A stretch of 58,451 nucleotides of DNA, the filler included, from Sphacelaria rigidula (taxonomy: Eukaryota): the NCBI GenBank assembly GCA_964200075.2. It is 5 parts of 5 records of this genome, joined end to end, with 100 filler letters (N's around TTAATTAATTAA, not from the genome) between each part and the next. Parts side by side here need not be neighbours in the genome. Positions count along the whole stretch, not along the records: positions 1 to 11,611 come from CAXNAA020004705.1; positions 11,712 to 23,322 come from CAXNAA020004706.1; 3 more parts are not named here. The stretch is one strand, 5' to 3'. The notes under the pieces were generated by a model. The model made no database searches, was not told the DNA's origin, and saw only the letters and a list, made by a program, of their open reading frames with translations. Position numbers and translations under genes: made by a program. Position 1 is the first letter of the stretch; the number at the start of each line of letters is the position of its first letter. Positions 1 through 12,489 of the stretch are shown here, piece after piece.

Positions 1-144
1 TGGCGTGCATGTACAAGCCATTCACGCCTTGAGTCATGAAGAAGGGTTGACTGCGTGAATTACAACTGATGTACGAACCGCATGATTTATTCATTGAGAT
101 GATAACTTTGAGTTGACTCACGAGTTGGTTTGTCCTAACCGTGC

Positions 145-668
145 AAGGTTGCGTTCTGTAGGGTACGGGAATGTTGCGGTAGGATATTAACTTCTTGCAG
201 AACTTACAGAACTCGCAGAACTCGTCGGGTACGGTATGGAGGCTGTGCAGAAACCCTTACCCGTAAAATAGGTGTTTCTACGAGGGTTTACCCATACCCC
301 GGTCAGGGTAAACATTTCGTATAGATCTTGGAGAACCGTCGGGTACCGGTACGAGAGGCTCACAGAACTCTCAGAACTATCGCGTACGGGTATTATTATT
401 TTATTGTTTCCGTCACATTAGCTCGGTCTCTCGCACCCGTGGTCAGAGAGTGCAAGGAGCATACCATCTATACCCATAATCTAAACGCCAATGGAGGAAG
501 GCGAGAAAAAAAATATCTACACGCAAGAAAAGGTACCTACATAATCAAAGATCCGCAAAATACCGTGTGAACTACAGGAGATCTACTGGAAGCTGAGCAG
601 CCCCGGCGTGTAATACCCGGGTAAATGTCGGGTATACAGAAAGTCGTACTCTTCAGCGCACGACCTTG
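145..668 (+). repeat. Dispersed MITE-like repeat, family A
   Basis: 160-350 aligns by eye with 44315-44500. Degenerate inverted termini caaggttgcgttctgtag / cttcagcgcacgaccttg. No TSD seen. Confidence 0.6.
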
Positions 669-2293
669 GATTCTCGCTTCCAAGTCGATAGCAGGCCAAT
701 CACGTCGGCAGAGAACGCACCGACCAAGCTTCAAGGAGCATGTTCACGGTACTGCCCGTCGGTCGGTACTGTGGACAGTACGACGCCGTGCAGCGTACAT
801 CGCCCGCCCCACTAACACACAAGGAAGGGTGATACTTGCATGCACTACACACGTTGAATGCGCTGATGCTGACTGCGCTGACCCTCCGTCGTTTCCTGCG
901 GTACTAACGCCCGTACTTGCTCCTGTCGGCAAGTCCTGGCGCAAAGATAATGCGGCGCTCAGCCCAACAGTAGTCACCGCGCTGGTGCAAATCAAACAGC
1001 CCGAATCCTATCCGACGGAGACTGATTTCACTGCGCATTATGTTTTCGTTATGACGCCGCGTTTGAAATCCACGAACGGCCCATCTGAACGTTAGACGTT
1101 GAGGTGCACGGCGCTCACGAGGGCGTGGTCGATGCGTTTGGAAAGCTGGAGACGATAGCTACCTAGCGATGTGCGCCTCGTGTTCCATGAATACGGGCTA
1201 CGCTCGTGGAAGAAAAACCGAAAGGAGAACCGCCCAAAAAACAGTATGCCCGTGTTTTCGAATTCGTCAACAGTCCAATATTCAAAAGTAGGACGAAGAG
1301 CCGCAGCAAGGCGCGTTATTATATCGTTTCAGGTTTCTAGAAGTCCCAGCAGTTCGCGAGGTGTGAGGGTTTGAAAGTTTGCGACTGTGAAATTCGGCGG
1401 CTCCAGAAGCATTCTCGACGCTCGCGTCGTTGGGACACAACACGAGGTCACTTGCTTTTCGAAGTCCAGCTGTTGCGGGGGGATACCCCTGTCCATACGA
1501 CTCATGCGCCTCCTAATTTGCTCAATATTCGCAAAAGTAACAAAATCATTTTAGGTTTTTATTTCACCGAGACTCGAAGAAGAGCATGTTCTGAAAAACT
1601 CCAGAGAAACTGCTACAACAATCTATGAAATGTTGATTGGCTATTAATAAGTGTGCACTTAACCCAACGTTGAAACCATATTATTAGACATTTGTTTTTC
1701 ATAAGTATCCTGCTCATGCCCCAGCGTTGACGTTCGGTGTAATGTGCTGCATGGATCCAAATTTTGGGCAAAAAGCCCGCTCGAGACCTGTGTCAAAACC
1801 TGTTTCAAACAGTGAAGATGGTGCACCAGTTAATACTGCGCGATGCCGGAGCATTGGTTTTTATTACGTGTTTGTTACTCACGTGGGCTGTGCCATTCTC
1901 TTTGATTTTGTAGAGTAGTCCACCTCTAGTACACGTGCAGGTGCATGAGGAGCTGCAGGTTGATGCATGGAGGTTTGGATATGAAGTTTGCATCATGATA
2001 TTAGGTCATGATATATTCTCTGGAGTATGACTACGACTGCTTGACATTATATATGTGTCCACGGAGGTGCAACAGCTCACTTCCAACAACGAAGGCTATG
2101 TTTTGTGAATAACATCTGTCTTGAAGTCTCCAAGCCCTTGGAGCATTCTATCATTCGCACAGTGTTTCGTTCCATGGATCTTGATATTATATGAGCAAAT
2201 GGTGAAGCTCCGTCGGTTTTGACGCAAACTCCAACGCATCAATGAACACCGCACTAATTTACTTGCCTTTTTCGATGGTTCAAATATTGACTG

Positions 2294-3210
2294 CAGTAGG
2301 TTTTCAGCTGAAATAGGGAACTTCTGTAAGTTTTTCATAATTGGTGATTTTCACCAGTGTTTTCGCGTGCCACCGCTCATCCCAGTGAACGTTTGATCCC
2401 AAAGTTTGGGGATCGGGATATACCAGGCATGCGCACCACATTCCGATACAAATCATATTTGCACTCAAGATTGAACGGCTTAGGGGCTAACCGGTTTTCG
2501 GGGTCCTGCGACTACCCAACCCCAGGTTCTGACCCTTGGGGTATTTTGGCCCGATTGAAGCAATCCCGATCAATATTGTGAACAACTGAAAATAAATGTT
2601 TTTTCCCGCTTTCTACCTATCCATTGCGCTAGAGCCGAAAATCTGTGTTTTTGGACCAGTGGCAGTCGATAACACCCCCTGCGGAACGAGATACTTACTC
2701 CATATCACCCTAACAATACCAATTGAGGATTGTGTTCCTGAGCACGACCTGCCTATTTTCCCAATGTTTATCGACCATAGGACTTTCGAGTGCTAAGGGA
2801 GAATGCTATATTGAACAATCCAGAAATGTAGGCGAAAACGAAGTTTGCCCAACCGAGCTCTGTATAGCACGGGGGGGGTGAACCAATTCCGATCGCTCTC
2901 ATGAAAAACTTCACCGACCTTTATTTTTTATTTTCCTCTGTTCATTGCGCTGGAGCCGAAAATAAATGTGTTTTGGACCAAAAGTTGTCAGTAACACCCC
3001 CAACAAGTGTAGCCTGTAAGTCGATCAATATTGAGCGCAGAGATCAGTTTTGTTTCGGAATGTGAAGCGGATGCTTAGTATATCCCGATGCCCAAACTTC
3101 GGGAGTAGGCGTTCACTGGGGTGAGCGGTGGCACGCGAAAAAAATATTGAAAACTCTGACATCGAAAAAGTTACAGAAATCCCCTATTTTCAGCCGGAAA
3201 CAAACTACTA
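2294..3210. mobile_element. Degenerate MITE with long (~130 bp) inverted terminal regions and CAGTAG-type ends (pogo/Tc1-mariner-like)
   Basis: 2294-2425 is the inverse of about 3078-3210 (ttttcgcgtgccaccgctca / tgagcggtggcacgcgaaaa). TA follows the right end. Internal direct repeat at 2621-2680 and 2943-3000 is shared with MITE family C. Confidence 0.65.
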
Positions 3211-4084
3211 TACGTGTTTGTGCGATCATTCCCCGCACATGGTATTTCATGTTTGAGACAACAACAACAACAAGTTTTGCATTCTTCTACACGTGTGGGG
3301 GGACAATGGGCGATGTAGTTCATTCCCGACCGTCGCAAAAAGCGTTTTTGGTGAGCCGACTAATTTTCTTGTTTACAAAACTTGATTCTTTCCTTCCCCC
3401 CATCGATCTCCAATCTTCCCCAATATTGAGCGAGATATAGGGAGACCACACTTCTCGATTGCCGGTAAGTATTTGTACAACGGAACTGTACTGTACTGTA
3501 CTGCACTGTACGGTCCGGTCCGGTACGATGCTGTAGGTTAAAGCAACAGGCGCTATCAGTCAGACGGTATCCCTTGCACAACAGCATCATTTTGCTGCCG
3601 CCGCCGCTGCTGCTGCTGCTACATGCAGCATAGGAGTCCTACTTGCTACAGTGCAGCAATGGAGTCGGATAAGGTTTCCAGTGGCGACTATCAGCTTCGT
3701 CTGGATTTTGAGCGGCAAAACTATACACTGAACTCAAGTGAAGGGCTGATAACCGTGGTATGCTGTTTAGAGCCTGAATAACATGCCTTTGAGAGTCGCA
3801 GAGCATCTCAACCTAGCATTTGTCAAAGGGTCGTACTGTATGTATAATTCGCGTGATGGTCGCCTCTCCGCGACCAGCTGCCGGCAGGCTGTTCGAAACG
3901 TTAGACAGCGGTTGCTTCGCGCAGTGGTTATTTCCTATTCTTCAGTCGCGAGACCATTTTTCGGAACAATATCGACGTCTGACCTCCAACGCCGTAACCT
4001 TGATGCTGTTGCTCAGATATGTCTGTATCTGTTTGCAAACACCAGCCTTGGATATACTCCCAACATCCCATGTATCCCGTGATT

Positions 4085-4260
4085 CCCGCACAGCCATGAC
4101 TTATGGTGAGATATCCATCAGGCAGTGGGTAACCCGTGGCTGTCTCTGGAAGTGGCGACACCAGAAATGAAGACACTCATCGGAGGCTGTCATCTATACA
4201 CAAGATGATCAGTACACTTCGGGCCGAATAATGTCAGCAGGATGCAGCTCACCCTTCATT
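4085..4260 (-). repeat. Dispersed repeat family B, partial copy
   Basis: Reverse complement matches 6920-7080 (gagctgcatcctgctgagattgttcggccc...gagacagtcacgg). Confidence 0.8.
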
Positions 4261-4510
4261 TTGAATGCGTGAGCGCACCAAAAAAAACGTTGCTGATGTA
4301 TGTATTTGTGTATCAACGACGTGCTGTCAGTGATGCGTGTTGAACCATGTTAATTTTTCGGGAGAAAACGGACGGTTCGGAGCCATCAGCGCCGAAAATG
4401 TCATCGTTCAGTGAAAAGTGCAAGTACCTTTGTTTAGCAGGTTCTATTTCTTGTCAATCGTTCCCGACTTCACTCCCTGCTATTACAAGTCCTCACCCTG
4501 GGGGGGCAAT

Positions 4511-5052
4511 ATATGGTGGTCAGCATCAGAATTATTCTGGATTGTTTTGGGAATTTCTCGCGTGCTACACTTCGAAAGAACTCGAAAGGGCTAGCGTCGG
4601 TAGATTTCGGTATAACAAACAGCTCGTCCGCAAAACACAGTGCCGAAGTTAGTCTTACTTGGTGCTATCGGGCGATACGAGTAGATACCCCGTTTATCAG
4701 GAGGGTCTTATTGACCATGAAACACAGTTTTTCGGCTCAAGTCCAATGAGTAGGTAGAATTGAAGAAAAGCAATCCTTTTAGTTTCTTCACAATTACGGT
4801 CGGAATAGGCTCGATCAATCGAAAATACCGAAGAGTCAAAATCTGGGCTAAAAAGTGGCGGGACCCCCGATGACTGGTCAGCCCGTAAGTAACTCAATAT
4901 TGAGTACTGATGTCTTTTTTTCTTGGAAGGTGGAGCGGGAACAAATATAATCAGATGACCAATGTGAAAAGCGCCGGCAAGCGAAAAGAGTCCAAGAAAA
5001 TCGCCAATTACGAAAAAAATCACAAAATGAATAGTCCGAACGCTAACTACTA
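4511..5052 (-). mobile_element. MITE family C, degenerate copy
   Basis: Reverse complement aligns along its length with 44555-45105 (ttgagttacttacgggctgacc, aacggggtatctactcgt). TIRs eroded. Confidence 0.75.
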
Positions 5053-5190
5053 CATGGCCAATAGATGCAGCAGACAAAAATGTACTGGCTGAAGTATAGG
5101 TCTGTAGAAACTATTGACGGCCGACACTAGTTACAAAATGTCTAAACTTTACCCAGTACACCTCTTGTCTATTGCATCTATTGGCCATAG
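5053..5190. repeat. Short hairpin-type repeat
   Basis: atggccaatagatgca at about 5054 is inverted at about 5173-5188. Related copy at 10941-11013. Confidence 0.6.
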
Positions 5191-6149
5191 ATTCTCCAGG
5201 CTGTGCACAAGTCTAAGGCTGTTTGTTGAGTGCCTTTTCGATTTGACTTTTTGCCGAGGCGCGGATCATTTTTTACATGAAGAGTCGACAACCGTGACTC
5301 TTTTTCATATATTCAGTATATGCAGCTGGGTGCACAAACAGCTTTCGAACAAGGGATCCCGAAAAATGGGAACGATACGATATATATTTTTCATGGGAGC
5401 GACAAAAGTGTACATGGTGCTCAGAAATATGCGATTCGGTATATGACCTTACGCTAACGTGGAACGGGAAAATATCCCCAACGTTCAACATACCGAAAGG
5501 CGCCGAACAGCTGTTCGTGGCTTTTGCAACTTGCCGCAAATTATATCGGAACCCACTCATGAACTTTCATCAGAGTCAACGCGTCCCCAACGACCACGGA
5601 GGCAAAAATACACGTGGAATATATGTGGGTGGTCCCAAAAAAACTGTTGGGAGTTCTGAAATCTCGACAGCTGTACTTTTTTTGGATTTGCGTTTTTTTT
5701 TGGACACAGGGAAAACAATTCCAGGCTCGAACATGAAGCACTGTTAGTCCGGAGACAAACAACACGCATTTGACTGTCAAAATGGTACCACAACCTGTGG
5801 GGTCGGTTCTTCAATATTTTTTAAGGCCTCCAGTCTCCTATTGTTGCTTTGGAGGGGTGTGTCGCCTCGCACAATTCCGAGCACTGCATTTTTCATTCGT
5901 TTTATGTTCTCGTGAAAAGAATACGTTCCCAGTCTTCAGGATCCCTCGGTTTCATGTGCGCCCTTGGATAATACGACGTGACATACATTCATCGAGGTTT
6001 TTCACACCGTATGTGTTCGTGGTTAGCTGCGCATACATCACCGGGTTGCATCGTTTCCTCCCCATCGCAGAGGGGATAACAAAGGGAGAATATATGTAAA
6101 AGGTTTTTGTGTAATGCATGGAAGAAACGGAATCAGCACCGGAATGTTA

Positions 6150-6262
6150 GGGGTGGCTCTATTAGGAGCAGGAACGGTGCTCCGTCTCGAAAGGGATGTG
6201 TGGTCAATGGTCAAATGACTAAGGCAAGCAACAAATGAGTACGCCCCCCCCCCCCCCTCCCC
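6150..6262 (-). repeat. Dispersed repeat family D (G-run-CGTACTCATTTGTTGC terminus)
   Basis: Near-identical to 23251-23322 and 58409-58451 on the opposite strand. Full extent unknown. Confidence 0.8.
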
Positions 6263-6769
6263 CCCATCACAAAAAGTAGACACCCACCATTATGACAAAC
6301 ACGAGGAACCCACCATGAATATCTTCGGAACATCCCACAACCAATCATCTTGACTTTTCGACATGGCTAGCAGTTTCCAAGTGACCGGCCGCAACTTTCG
6401 TACTACGAAACACGGCACGGGAAACGCCGACTGGCTGTGCCAAGCTTCTCCTATCCGGAATTTTGGCAACGATCCATGTCCCTTTTTGCCTACTGCTACT
6501 GCTAAAGATACGTTTTTCATGACGGATTTCCCTCTTATTCCGCACGACCGCCCTTCTCTCTTCTTCCATGATTATGACTGTCGATTCGTTAGTCATTCTC
6601 GTGGCATGTCGGAGTTTTTCTTTTCATATGTCTGTTTTCTGGTCATGTTCTTGGTGTGTCCAGCGTTCCTTTTCTTTTCCGAGAGGGTTTCTCCCGTGGT
6701 TGACGCATTTTACAACCATCGCTAACGTTAATTCTGACCCCAATCCAAGGCCTGCCGATAACCCTTGGG

Positions 6770-7110
6770 CTAGGCGTATTCACGATCTTGTATGCTGTCG
6801 TCAAACGACGGTGGCCTCGCGTCCTTACAAAGCCGGGACGGAGTACGCCGGGTTTGCGCCGTACCGGGGTCGCAATCAACCGACAAGCGCGAAGCGCCGT
6901 GATGTGTCGGGCGAGTCGAGTGAAGTGTGAGCTGCATCCTGCTGAGATTGTTCGGCCCTCGGTGTACTGATTGTCTTGCATATGGATGACAGCCTCCAAT
7001 GAGCTGCTTCATCTTCTGGTATCGCTACTTCAAGAGACAGTCACGGCTTATACACTGCCTCATGGGTGTCTCACCGTAACCCTCGGGCTAGGGGGGTGCA
7101 TGGGGTTTCC
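6770..7110 (+). repeat. Dispersed repeat family B
   Basis: Aligns with 46378-46670, 46843-46980 and 4085-4260. Confidence 0.8.
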
Positions 7111-8759
7111 CAAGCAAAGTGTCCGTAGGTAGACCTTCAAACCATGGGCGCCATAGGCACCGATTTGAACGAAAGCGCGATCTGCGCACGCTATTATAGG
7201 AGCACTCGAGACCGTCGGATCCGTTGCTCACACTCAAATCAAGCAATATCAACCATGGATAGATTGTACAGTAGCCCAACTGGAGTAAACTCTACTGTTT
7301 TTTTCTACGTGGTCTTTTCCCTCGCCCGGTCACCTTCTTCGAGCGCCCAGACTTGTCTCACGTTGGTTTTGAAGGTGTGTATTCTACGTTTAGTGATACT
7401 GTACGTACTCCATGCGTCAGTTTACAATGTTTTTTTTTCATACCTGCACACACTACTTACCGTGTGTGGCCTCCATGTGGCCTTCCTGTCAATTTGTCTC
7501 TTCATCCCTCAATTTCCTCTTCAATTCAAAGCCTTGGGGGTGCGTACCCCGTCTTCTACCTTTGGCCACCCTTACTTCTGGCTTGTCTCCCCCTACCCTT
7601 CGCAGTTCGGCAGGGATGCGAACCCCCTCCGGCGGGGCACCCTTGTATCTCTACATGATCGGTTCCATCTTCACCCTCGACCAAGTCTGTTGGATAGGTC
7701 TCAGCATTGGGCGGAACATGGATAAGTCGTACTTACGGTGCTCCTCCGGAGTAGATGCTGTATCGACCACTGCAACGTTCCTAGGACGTTATGTTTGACT
7801 TCATACTTTGTTACTACTTGGGGCTTGTGCAGATTGCTTACCCGACAGGGTACGCTGCTCTTCACGTATGGCACGGACAGGTGCCGGGTCCAGCTTTTCC
7901 ATCATGTAGAGTGTCTCCAAGAAATATCTCACGGAGGAATGGACACTCGACTGCCGATGAAGAACATCAGAGACGTTTTCCCCTGTAAACGATGACACAT
8001 GTATATGTATATATATGTCTGGTGCACTCTATATTAGTCATACCAGACCGCATCCCACGAACGGATGACGCACGCTTTTCTCCCATCACCCACACGCTTC
8101 ATCTCACTGTGCGCGAATCAATATGAATAGCACACGCTTTCCCCACACATGAATTGATTGTTTGACTGGCGCACATTAACTGACGCCCAAGGAGTCATGA
8201 TCCAGTCGTGGTCACTATCGACATGATAGACGTACTCGAGACGAGACAAGGCTGAAACCCTTGCTGAAGAAATAAAAAGCAACAGAGAAGTTAGGACACA
8301 CAAACGAAGTATAATATGTCGGACGAATCAAGATCTTCACGCCGTCGACGTGAATCACTCCAATTATCGCATGCATCTCAATTTTTATTTCGCTCTACGC
8401 GAACGTTTTTACACGTGAGCATTGAACGTGATGCGCTCGCTGCAAGCACCCTAACGAACCCTTCGGGCATCAATGTCCTTGTAACACACGGACTTGCAGT
8501 GTGCTGTAAGCTGTGACACGCATGCGCAACACGTTTTTGCACGATTTTCCTTGGCTGTAGCACTTTCACGAGAGGCGTAACATGCGAATATTTCACGCAA
8601 AAATTCTCAGTGTCGGCGGGTTCACATGCATCCAAGTTCGTGACAAGTGATACTGGCGCCCCGAGAAGGGATGGGTGGAAAATGGTGAGGTATTTGCGAG
8701 CTGAAGATGCGATGTGCACAAGTGTATTAGAGAACTTGGAGATTACTCAATAATTGTAG

Positions 8760-9050
8760 TTTTTTTTTATTAGTGTCTCACGACGTGTACCTTCCCCTTT
8801 CCTTCCTCAAGGGATCAACCTACGTCTTCCCCGGTACACGCCTTGCATTTTGGTATTGCGGATTAGATCATGACCAAACACTCCCGCACGGCGTTGATTC
8901 TCGTGAAAAAACTCAAGTTAAATGGACTACTGTTGCTACTCACGTACGTCTTCACGTACGTCCTTACGTTTTCAACGATAGATATCATGTCCTTTTCAGA
9001 AGAAACCCTAGCGCATGTGACAGGAATTGACTTCGCGATCTTTTCACCCT
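8760..9050 (-). mobile_element. SINE family 2, degenerate copy with poly(A) tail
   Basis: Shares its core with 20680-20935 (gtgcgggagtgtt...atgatc.aatccgc...aaatgcaa.gcgtgtacc on the minus strand). T-run at 8760-8768. Confidence 0.55.
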
Positions 9051-10940
9051 AATGGTGTCAGTTGTACCATTTTAGTGTAGAACACTGGGGTTCGGCGACG
9101 CTACTGTAGTTGTTGTGACGTACTTTCTGCAGTCAGCAGATCAGGAAGCAGGTTAGGCAATATTGCCACAGATATCGATCCAGCCCCTCCTCGGGCATCT
9201 CGCGCACGCTGTTATCTGTTGTTCGATTCGTTCCTGTCACACATTCCCGGCACATTTGACGCTTTCCCTACGTCAGTGTTGGCTACTAAAACACTCAACA
9301 CTACTCCATCCTTTTCAGGGCATGGTGCAGACGTCTCGGTTGTGTGCTTTTTCACCGTTCGCCAGCACACGCATCTACTCTGTTTTAGGCTTCTATAGAT
9401 GTTTTGCATGATATCGTATCCTTGTTCGTTCCGGGGGGAATTCGACTTTTTTTTTTTCGCTCCTCCGTCCAACCATCTCGTCTTCTCTCGGCGTTGACTT
9501 CCCTTGCCGCATGCAGGATCGAATGTTCTCTCTGTGCTTTTCTCCCACGGGAGGTAGCATGGTGTTGGGGGGATACGACACCAGCTTGCACCGCGCGGGC
9601 CACAAACTGCAATACACGCCATTAGTGGGGAAGAAGACCCTGTACTCTGTTCAGGTAGGCAATGGATTATGACTGTGTGTATCCGTCGCGCATACCCCTC
9701 CCCCTCGATTGTGTTGTGACAGACACAATTATGCGACAATGAAGAAGCGTCAAAACCTATTCCTTTAATGTTGCTCAACAATAGCGCGAACTTTCGCTCC
9801 CATGTTTTTTTGGTTCAGTTTTCCGAAACCCACACCCCGTTTTCATCATGTTACGCCCTTGTTTTTGCTTTCGTCAGACCTCTTGGGCCTCCTCTTGAAG
9901 GAAGAGCCAAGCACATCCAAGCCATTTATTTCCTAGAGGCAAAGTAGATACGCCCCCCCCCCTCCCCCATGGTCTTGTGACTATGGCATGCATGATCATG
10001 AGTACACCCCCCCTCCCCCCCTAATTTTTTTGTTGGCGTCCTCCTTTTTTCCTGTCGAGGTTTGTGCGGCGAGTGTCTTCAGTTAACCACGTTGGATACA
10101 CCGATTTCGCGACCACATATCGGTTCGTAACGAGCCAATCAATGTGAGACAATCATTTTCTCAATCGGGCAATTGCTAACCCACGGATGAACCACGAATG
10201 CCGTCTTATTGGTCAGTTCAAATCGCACGTCGACGGCTACGTCGAGAAAATAGCATTTCCATGGCTGAGGCGCAGACGTTCCCGTTCCGACCTAACTTAG
10301 CCATATTCGAGGTTTATCATTCAACCCTTCGAGACCCCCGGGGCTGTCACACGAGAGTTTACCCTGTTCGAAGGTTGGCCACTAGTCTTTTTTGTGTAAT
10401 CAACATGAATTTCATGAAGAATTTTCAAACTAAAAATGTAGCAAAGATGCGCGCGCGCGCTCCAGAGGACTGTCCGTCCGCGCATATCTGGGCAAAACGC
10501 GTGCATGTAAAGGAACGATTTCGAGGACTTGGTTGGTGCGACGGAAGAGGCGAAGAAAAGTTTCTGAGGTTTGAATTGTTAGGAGCCCCCTATCTTATCC
10601 AAGACACGGTTAATAAAATATGTGAGAGCACGGCACAATTACCGATGCAATGGGCTAGGCATATCCCGAGTGAAGGTGAAAACGGGAGTGTCCTGATCCA
10701 TGTTCTTGCGCAGCTCGTTATTTTAGGAGCCCCTGAATGAAGAAAGATTTTTACCTAAGTGTGCAACGCCTCCCGTATAGCATGGCTCACTCTCATGTCA
10801 AACCCCGCCCGTTATTCGCGTCCCCTAGGCGCGTCACTCGCTCTTAGTGCACTAAAACCATGGCGTGATGTAAAACTTGGATGTGTGTGCACGAGGATGT
10901 TCGTTCTGGAAAGGATGCACACCCTGGACAGTGACAATAT

Positions 10941-11013
10941 ATGATCAACAGTTGCAATAGACGAAAACATGTACTGCGTGAAGTATAGGCCTATTGCAAC
11001 TATTGACCGTATA
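10941..11013. repeat. Short hairpin repeat related to 5053-5190
   Basis: tcaacagttgcaatag ... ctattgcaactattga inverted pair. Confidence 0.55.
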
Positions 11014-11365
11014 GCATCCGGAGTGTGGAAGGTATACAAAAGTACAAATGAAGAGACGTAACTGCGTATCTCCAAACGATTGACCGTGATGATTCGGAGT
11101 TTAATTATCCGTCAATGAAATTCAATAGTACAGTATAGTACAGTATATATATATATGATTGGTTCACCTGTTATTTAAGGAGTGCGGTGCAATCATTTTT
11201 TGTTGGCGTTCTACAAAGAAAGTCGTACTCCGTGCGAAGGTTCGCATGTTACTCTTCAACATGGTTGTCCCGCTACAATACTTGAAAATAGGTACGAAAA
11301 CGTTTGTACGGGGTAAACAGCCCGAGCAGCAGCTTCAGAGTAAAGCACAGGCACCGTAGGTAAGG

Positions 11366-11611
11366 TAGGTACCCGGTACCGGTATTTGGGACATCACATA
11401 CCGTACCGATACCGGTCCAATCCGGTATTTTCAAAACTCATACCTACGATACCTACGATATCACGGTATTTCGAGATTTCAATACCTACCGTACCCCCTC
11501 AATCCGGTATATTCAAAACTCATACCTACAATACCTACGATACCAGCGTATTCCGAGATTTCAATACCTACCGTGCCGGCCCAATCCGGTATTTTGAAAT
11601 GTCATACCTAC
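11366..11611 (+). repeat. ~82-bp tandem repeat (about 2.5 units), truncated by linker
   Basis: aatccggtat..t.aaa..tcataccta recurs at about 11419, 11501 and 11583. Confidence 0.8.
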
Positions 11612-11711
11612 NNNNNNNNNNNNNNNNNNNNNNNNNNNNNNNNNNNNNNNNNNNNTTAATTAATTAANNNNNNNNNNNNNNNNNNNNNNNNNNNNNNNNN
11701 NNNNNNNNNNN
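11612..11711. other. Artificial linker N44-TTAATTAATTAA-N44
   Basis: Seen directly. Stop codons in all six frames. Confidence 0.98.
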
Positions 11712-12149
11712 AAAGCACGGCTTTTGAGTTGAACCTCATTTTTTTTATCAACCCCATTTTCGAAAATCGGCTGTTATTTGAAATTATGCCTGCATACCTC
11801 ATAGAAAACGATGAGCACTGCGTTTCCAATTCTGACAGCGCGTCGATTACGTAAGACAGGCTGCTTTGACAAATTATGTGGAAAACCGCGCTGTTAAGGA
11901 ACGGCTTTTCTGACGACGTGTTTTTTTAATATGTAAGAAGTAGCCTTGAATGTGGTCGAGATGATTATGATGATATGATTGTGAAGTGTGGTGGGGAGAG
12001 CGCAAAATGTCTGCAATAATAGTACCATACCTATACCACGGCCATTCAAACTCACTCGTGTTTATTGAAGCACCATATTTAGAATTTTAAAATGCACTGC
12101 AAACTTGAACTTTCACCACTGCATGTGATGTGTTAATGACGTTTTTATG

Positions 12150-12489
12150 TAACAACGTAACATATAACGTGACGTGTAACGTAACGTCTCACGCACGTTA
12201 CGTCTCATGCACGTGTAACGTGTAATAGACGTTACACGTCACATGAAACGTTTCGTATTACGTGATTTGAACGTTTGGGCAATCAAACGTTCACGTTACG
12301 TTACGTATGTCACGTTTAAAAAAATTAACGTTACGTTAACGCTTCATTTGAAATTTCAACGTCACGTTCACGGTACGTTCATCACGTAAGAAAAAATTAA
12401 CGTTCACGTTACGTTTCGGCACGGTTTGGCCGAAACGTAACGTGAACGTAACGTGTAACGCTGTAGCACGTGTAACGTGTAGACCCCTG
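12150..12489. repeat. ACGT/AACGT-motif-rich element end, possibly a hAT-type MITE fragment
   Basis: Dozens of aacgt/acgtt motifs in both orientations, ending in tagacccctg (CAGGGGTCTA on the minus strand). The other terminus was not found. Confidence 0.55.
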
